Part shown: positions 58,705-64,000 of the stretch, piece by piece
How positions within the stretch are numbered: the stretch's first letter is position 1
Layout: each line of letters opens with the position of its first letter
DNA from: Patescibacteria group bacterium
GTDB lineage: Bacteria; Patescibacteriota; Patescibacteriia; S139-126; S139-133
Length of the DNA stretch: 64,000 nt
Assembly: GCA_049604715.1 (NCBI GenBank)
Contig: JBMYTV010000002.1
Coordinates: forward strand, 56,455 to 120,454
Direction of reading: 5' to 3'
Position numbers and translations under genes: made by a program
Notes under the pieces: generated by a model
Told to the model about the DNA's origin: nothing
The model's input: only the letters and a program-made list of their open reading frames with translations
Databases searched by the model: none

Positions 58705-58846
58705 AACCCTTTAATAATAACAGATATACTGATCTAATAAAATAAATGCCTGGGGGTATTGATTTTTTTCAAGATTTATGTTTTAATATGAGGTCAAATC
58801 TTATATTTAGCTATTTTTTTAGGCTTAACCCTAGTATAATAGTGAT

Positions 58847-60202
58847 ATGACTATAAAAACACGTAAAATACTAATGATTCTTGGTGATATAGGCATCTTT
58901 TATGCCTCTCTTTACCTTGCATTGACTATTCGTACTCAAACCCTTGTCACGCAAGGTGTGTGGGCTGATCATTGGCCTACTTTTACTGTTGTGTTTGGTT
59001 TATGGATTATTGGGCTCTACATAATTGATTTTTATGACCTTTCATCTGCTAAAAATGACCGAAAATTTATCATCCGTGTTGGCGTTGCTGCAGCTGTACT
59101 AACTACACTTGCTGTGTTGTATTTCTATACCATACCAAACCTCCGCATTGCACCAAAGACTATTTTGATCATTGATGTTTTGATTACACTGGCACTTCTT
59201 ATTGGATGGCGCCTAGCATTCAACAAACAAGCAAAGAACGCATCTCACTCACTAATTGCTATTGGTATTGGTTCTTCTGGTCAATCATTGCTTCAAGAAA
59301 TTCAGAACACTCCTCAGTGGGGGTACAAAACAGTAGCAATTTTTGATGAAAATGCTAAACCTGAATTTTCACCTATACCTACCTTTACTACACTTGATAA
59401 TCTGTCTCAGATTATTTCAGATACAGACACAAAGACTATTGTAGTTGATGACAAGCTGTACACATCAGAGAGATATATCAACACACTCTTTTCTATTATC
59501 AGCCCTGATATCACTATCATTCCCCTTACACTTTTATACGAACAAATTGCACAAAAAATTCCTGTACAAAGCATTTCAAAATCATGGTTTTTAGAAAATA
59601 TTAGCAAACATGACCATGACATTCATGACAAGATACAACGTTTGGTTGATATTGTGTTCTCACTATTCCTGCTTGTCATTACCTTACCTCTCTATCCATT
59701 AATCATACTTGCTATCAAGCTTGATTCACCTGGTCCAGCATTTTATAGACAAGAACGGCTAGGATATTTAGGCAAACCATTTATGATGATTAAATTCCGC
59801 ACAATGGTTGAAAAAGCGGAGAAAAATGGAGCGCAGTGGGCACAAAAAAATGACCCCCGTATAACTCGAGTAGGCAAATGGATGCGCAAATCCCGCATTG
59901 ATGAGCTCCCGCAAATGATGAATATTTTAAAAGGTGAAATGAGCTTTATAGGACCTCGTGCTGAAAGACAGGCATTTATTGAGCAGCTTGAACAAGAGCT
60001 TCCATTTTACAAACAAAGACTACTTGTCAAACCAGGAGCAAGTGGCTGGGCACAGGTCAATTATAAGTATGGCGCTAGTGTTGAAGATGCTTTAGAAAAA
60101 TTACAATACGATTTATACTACGTAAAAAATCGTAACTGGTATTTGGATGCCAGCATTGTACTCAAAACTATCAAAATTATGAGTAGCCTTGGAGGGCAAT
60201 AA
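58847..60202 (+). CDS. polyprenyl-phosphate sugar-1-phosphate transferase (WbaP/PglC 'bacterial sugar transferase' family)
   Basis: 451 aa with N-terminal TM helices and C-terminal Bac_transf motifs (MMIKFRTM...DELPQMMNILKGEMSFIGPRAE). Confidence 0.85.
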   Translation: MTIKTRKILMILGDIGIFYASLYLALTIRTQTLVTQGVWADHWPTFTVVFGLWIIGLYIIDFYDLSSAKNDRKFIIRVGVAAAVLTTLAVLYFYTIPNLRIAPKTILIIDVLITLALLIGWRLAFNKQAKNASHSLIAIGIGSSGQSLLQEIQNTPQWGYKTVAIFDENAKPEFSPIPTFTTLDNLSQIISDTDTKTIVVDDKLYTSERYINTLFSIISPDITIIPLTLLYEQIAQKIPVQSISKSWFLENISKHDHDIHDKIQRLVDIVFSLFLLVITLPLYPLIILAIKLDSPGPAFYRQERLGYLGKPFMMIKFRTMVEKAEKNGAQWAQKNDPRITRVGKWMRKSRIDELPQMMNILKGEMSFIGPRAERQAFIEQLEQELPFYKQRLLVKPGASGWAQVNYKYGASVEDALEKLQYDLYYVKNRNWYLDASIVLKTIKIMSSLGGQ

Positions 60203-60204
60203 AC

Positions 60205-61455
60205 ATGGTTGAAAAAATAAAAGTCATGCTATTCAAACTTCTTAGGAAGTCAGAAAAATACACCAAAACAGACATGGTGTATTTAGCCAAAGGCGGCTTT
60301 TGGCTAGGTATGAGCAAAATGGTGAGCGCTGGCTCTGCATTTTTGCTAGCTCTGGCATTTGCTAACCTGCTTCCTCAAGAAGAGTATGGTACTTACAAAT
60401 TTATTTTCTCAATTGTCAGCATACTTATTATAAGTTCAATGCCTGGTATTAATACTGCTCTTACACAGGCAGTTGCCAGAGGCTTTGAGGGGTCAATACT
60501 AACAAGTGTTAAAACAAAAATAAAATGGTCAACACTTGGTGCGCTTGGCAGTTTAGCTATAGCTGCATATTACTATATAAACAATGACCCAACACTTACA
60601 TATGCGTTTTTAATAGCTGCGATTTTCTTACCTTTCATTGACTCGTTCAATGTCTATGAACCATATCTGCAAGGAAGAAAAATGTTCAAGCAGTCAGCTA
60701 TCTTAAGCTCTATCCTGCAGAGCACCACAGTACTGTCTATGATAGCGTTTTTGTTCTTCACCAACAATGTAATTCTTGTTGTTGCAGCACACTTTGTGAT
60801 GTACACGTTGATCAAGTACATTTTCTACCTGTTTGTTACAAAAAAGTACAAACCAAATAATAAGATTGACCCTGGGTCAGTATCCTATGGCAGACATCTT
60901 TCATTCATTAATGTTATAGGCACAATTGGCGGACAAATTGACAAAATTCTATTGTGGCATTTCTTAGGTGCGGCATCACTGGCTGTGTACGCATTTGCCT
61001 TAGCTCCAGTTGATCAATTCCGTAGCATGCTTAAGTCTCTAAATATCCTTGCGTTTCCAAAACTAGCAGCGCAAGATACCGCAGTACTCAAAAAAACAAT
61101 TCCACAAAAAATGCTAAAGCTGTTTTTACTGCTCATTATACCTGTTACAGCATATATTCTTTTGGCACCGTACCTGTATAAAATATTTTTCCCTTTATAT
61201 GCAGAATCAGTCGAATACACCAGATGGTATGCGCTTTTTTTACTGAAATTCCCTACCAATCTTATGGGACAAACCCTCACTGCCAAAAAACAACAAAGAA
61301 CTCAATATAAATTAAAAATTATTAACCTTATTACAAAAATAACACTGTTTTTAGTTCTTACACCTATATTTGGCATCCATGGCGCTATTGCTACACTTCT
61401 AATCGCCCCAGTTATCAATAGCATTTTGGTTGCGTATCATTTCTATAAACTATGA
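60205..61455 (+). CDS. Wzx-like polysaccharide flippase (second copy)
   Basis: 416 aa with about 12 TM helices and polysaccharide-biosynthesis-protein-like topology. Confidence 0.7.
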   Translation: MVEKIKVMLFKLLRKSEKYTKTDMVYLAKGGFWLGMSKMVSAGSAFLLALAFANLLPQEEYGTYKFIFSIVSILIISSMPGINTALTQAVARGFEGSILTSVKTKIKWSTLGALGSLAIAAYYYINNDPTLTYAFLIAAIFLPFIDSFNVYEPYLQGRKMFKQSAILSSILQSTTVLSMIAFLFFTNNVILVVAAHFVMYTLIKYIFYLFVTKKYKPNNKIDPGSVSYGRHLSFINVIGTIGGQIDKILLWHFLGAASLAVYAFALAPVDQFRSMLKSLNILAFPKLAAQDTAVLKKTIPQKMLKLFLLLIIPVTAYILLAPYLYKIFFPLYAESVEYTRWYALFLLKFPTNLMGQTLTAKKQQRTQYKLKIINLITKITLFLVLTPIFGIHGAIATLLIAPVINSILVAYHFYKL

Positions 61456-62353
61456 GCAATATAACGAACTTTGATATTGACTTTATTGGCATTGGAACAG
61501 GTCATGCTGGCACGAGTTGGGTATTTACATGTATTAAAGAACACCCAGCAGTCTGTGATGCAAAGAAAAAAGAAACAAAGTTTTTCCGTGATCATTATCA
61601 TAAGGGCATTGAATATTATGCATCCCTCTTTTCATCATGTGATGACACACTTTTAAAAGGTGAATTTACACCTAGTTATATGTATGATGAGACAATTGCT
61701 GAACGCATTCATGCACACTTTCCTAAAGCTAAGATTATTGTTTGTCTCAGACATCCGTATGAACGTTTGCGGTCTGCGTATTACTTTAATAAACAACGCG
61801 CAGTTCTTTCGTTTGAAAATTTGAATAAAAAGATTCAATATGATATTGAAGCTGCTACCGGCACTGGCAGTGAACTCATTCGACAAGGAAACTACTACTC
61901 TTTTTTGAAGAAATATTATAAATTATTTGGAGCTTCCCAAATCCATATAATTTATTACGAAGATATAAAAAATAATCCTGAAAAAGTTATTGAAACCGTA
62001 TATAAATTCTTGTCTATCGACCCAAAGTACACCCCTTCTTCTCTTTCAAAAAAATCAATGTTACTGCACGTAACAAACGCTATATTGCTAGTCTCCCAAA
62101 AATTAAAACAAAGGTAAGTACATGGTTGCTACAAAGTTCTGTTGGCAAAGTCATCTTGAATATTGCGCGTACTACAGGTGTCACATCAATTGTAAACCGC
62201 ATACTGAAGCACAATATACGTCATTCAAACCTAGATCCCATACATAAAGAAATGTTATCTGATACCACAAAAAAATCATTACGCCAAATATATGCGAATG
62301 ATATTAAAGACTTAGAATCACTTTTGAAAAATAAAACTCCCTGGAACTTATAA
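61452..62353 (+). pseudogene. PAPS-dependent sulfotransferase interrupted by a -1/+2 frameshift in an A7 homopolymer (61452..62117 plus 62126..62353)
   Basis: The N-terminal part has a 5'-PSB-like IGTGHAGTSW motif and a 3'-PB-like RHPYERLRSAYY motif. The second ORF continues the same protein in another frame. Adding one A to the run at 62048..62054 joins them into a roughly 296-aa ORF (…SLSKKINVTARNKRYIASLPKIK…). Confidence 0.55.
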
Positions 62354-62355
62354 AA

Positions 62356-64000
62356 TTATCTCGCTCTCAAATACGCTACCAACTTTGTATTTACTTTCAA
62401 ACTACTTTTCTGCATTATACGCTTCATACCTGAAGTGGTACTTTTTTTGATAATCACAGGATACCGACGAGCTCTGAATTGGGCTCTTTTTATATGCTGC
62501 AACCAAGTTGGATCATGCAGCAAGCTACTTAGCGACAGACCAATATGTGGATACCAGCAACGGGTGTATGTCTTTGATTTTGGTGTAAGACTTAAGATGG
62601 GTTGATCATGTCGTGGATCGTCAGGTGCCCCAACTATATCAAAACTTTCCTCAAAACGAATCGGCTTCTCTTTATACGCGTAGTAAAACTCATAATCAAG
62701 CAGCCATACTTTTCTATCAGTATCAACAAGCACATCAACAGGGTGAGCATCATACAAATAATACCCCTGCGTATAAAAACATTTTAAAATATCCATAGCC
62801 TTTTTCGCAGCCCACAGTGGCATGATCCAGCCACGCGAATACTCGTGCATAGGTTCGTAGTATGGATACATAATATAATTTGGACCCTTTTCAACTAACG
62901 GTGGCACGCCTTGACACTTTTCAGCAAATTCAGTCGCTGCATATATAGACCTATCTAAAAATTTTTCTCTACCTGGACGAAACGTTTTTTTGACGTATTG
63001 CTTACAATCACTCTTTTCTATAAGCTCTACTTTGGCGCGTCTTCCATTTTTAGTTAAATCACTTATAACACGCTCATTAGTCGCAAACACTTCTTGCATA
63101 TTCTGTATTTCTTGCATAATTACACTTTTTTCTTCTTGAGTAAAAATAAAACTCATGTACTCAAGCGCTTCAGCGGCAGTATCACTTGAATGAATAGGAT
63201 TGTAGCTTTCACTTTTCGAAAGTGAGTGATTAATAAACTCGCGAATCCGATGTTTCACAAGTATTCGCTCATTATCAATTCCTGCAAACCTTATCTCTTG
63301 CATAGGTGACAGATTACGCGGTAGTAAATCATAAACAACATACATGTGCGCTGGCTTTCCGCCAGAAACTGGCCATGGACCTTTGTTCCAATTGCCACCC
63401 CTTGCCTCCTCAGTTAGCGTATCTTTTTGTTGTTCACTCAAACTTTCAGATCGCAAAACATTAAATCCCTCATCTTCCAATGTTTTTTGTATAAAGGGTA
63501 ATCTATTTTCTTTTACTGCTTGCTCACGAACAATAAAAACAGTCAAACCTCTGAGCTCAGTATGCAGACTATCTGCAAAATGATAATCCTTTATCCATTC
63601 ATTTTGCTTAGCAAGACGCCTGAGCATATCACGCGCAGGTTGAAGGCCATGTTCTTTTAAAAACCTATCTAAATCCTCTAGTTTATACTTTCCAGTGTAT
63701 GCAACAGCATCAGCGTACTTCTGCATCTCAGCAACGTAGTCGTGATCAGGGCTTTCTTCAGGGCTAGTAGGTTTAGTAGAACTTGGTACACCAGATATAT
63801 ATCCCTTGTGATACAGAGCATGATATGCGAGTGAGTAAAAACTGTGCTTTTTATCTGGGACATAAGCGCCAGATGATTCATCAAAAGTGGCTGAGCTCAA
63901 AATGCTCTTAGCAATTTTTGGTGGGAAATATGACATGCCACTATACTCAAATCCAGGTTGACCAGTAATTGAATATGCATCACAGGGGATAAGTCCTGGC
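62356..64000 (-). CDS. two-domain hypothetical protein with C-terminal protein-kinase-like fold (Kdo/WaaP/APH-like); may start upstream of the window
   Basis: The C-terminal half has a Lys-containing beta-strand (KQYVKKTF), a catalytic-loop-like DAHPVDVLVD and an iDxE/DFG-like LLDYEF. The reading frame is still open from 63937 to the window end. Confidence 0.5.
   Translation of the reverse strand, partial: PGLIPCDAYSITGQPGFEYSGMSYFPPKIAKSILSSATFDESSGAYVPDKKHSFYSLAYHALYHKGYISGVPSSTKPTSPEESPDHDYVAEMQKYADAVAYTGKYKLEDLDRFLKEHGLQPARDMLRRLAKQNEWIKDYHFADSLHTELRGLTVFIVREQAVKENRLPFIQKTLEDEGFNVLRSESLSEQQKDTLTEEARGGNWNKGPWPVSGGKPAHMYVVYDLLPRNLSPMQEIRFAGIDNERILVKHRIREFINHSLSKSESYNPIHSSDTAAEALEYMSFIFTQEEKSVIMQEIQNMQEVFATNERVISDLTKNGRRAKVELIEKSDCKQYVKKTFRPGREKFLDRSIYAATEFAEKCQGVPPLVEKGPNYIMYPYYEPMHEYSRGWIMPLWAAKKAMDILKCFYTQGYYLYDAHPVDVLVDTDRKVWLLDYEFYYAYKEKPIRFEESFDIVGAPDDPRHDQPILSLTPKSKTYTRCWYPHIGLSLSSLLHDPTWLQHIKRAQFRARRYPVIIKKSTTSGMKRIMQKSSLKVNTKLVAYLRAR

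Noticed and set aside
1-64000. CRISPR arrays, rRNA or tRNA genes, transposases or integrases
   Set aside because: No regularly spaced direct repeats, no cloverleaf-like GC-rich 75-nt segments in intergenic regions, and no recognisable recombinase motifs were found on inspection.

Overview
The window reads as a low-GC bacterial genome with small gene spacing and many ORFan small proteins. The gene content, a type IV pilus cluster, reduced core metabolism and large surface-glycan loci, resembles a Candidate Phyla Radiation (Patescibacteria) organism. That lineage assignment is inference only.

Recognisable content, in order:
- (i) A membrane-anchored VirB4/HerA/TraD-superfamily P-loop ATPase operon (1-3363, minus strand), divergent from corA.
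- (ii) Housekeeping genes: cysS, a NUDIX hydrolase, dus.
- (iii) An odd approximately 640-bp spacer bounded by two identical palindromic hairpins. It holds a GC-elevated non-coding stretch and two tiny Cys-rich ORFs.
- (iv) A complete HrcA/CIRCE heat-shock supercluster. Its transcription order on the minus strand, from 16104 down to 10701, is hrcA-grpE-hsp20-Zn ribbon-dnaK-DUF3467 like-dnaJ.
- (v) An island of eight small basic ORFan genes (16207-19494), each with its own terminator. It includes a triplicated and a duplicated paralogue family, and sits where murG would normally follow ftsW.
- (vi) A division/cell-wall (dcw) fragment, with transcription order on the minus strand of mraY-murD-ftsW and a riboflavin kinase and a VIT-family gene inserted.
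- (vii) A type IV pilus assembly cluster. It comprises pilB, pilC, a giant 1145-aa prepilin-like lectin/propeller protein, a pseudopilin, a PilX-like protein and pilM/N/O.
- (viii) nifU-like, rpmA, pyrG, rplI, an S41 peptidase, a PEGA protein and a HIT protein.
- (ix) An approximately 19-kb surface-glycan locus. It has two Wzx flippases, four GT2, one GT4, a GT-C-like 750-aa membrane protein, GtrA, two epimerase/decarboxylases, a polyprenyl-P sugar-phosphotransferase and a secreted S8 subtilase with FG-GAP repeats. It also carries a fused ATP-sulfurylase/APS-kinase, a sulfotransferase split by a frameshift in an A7 run, and a kinase-like protein.

No rRNA, tRNA, CRISPR array, transposase or integrase could be supported by eye.
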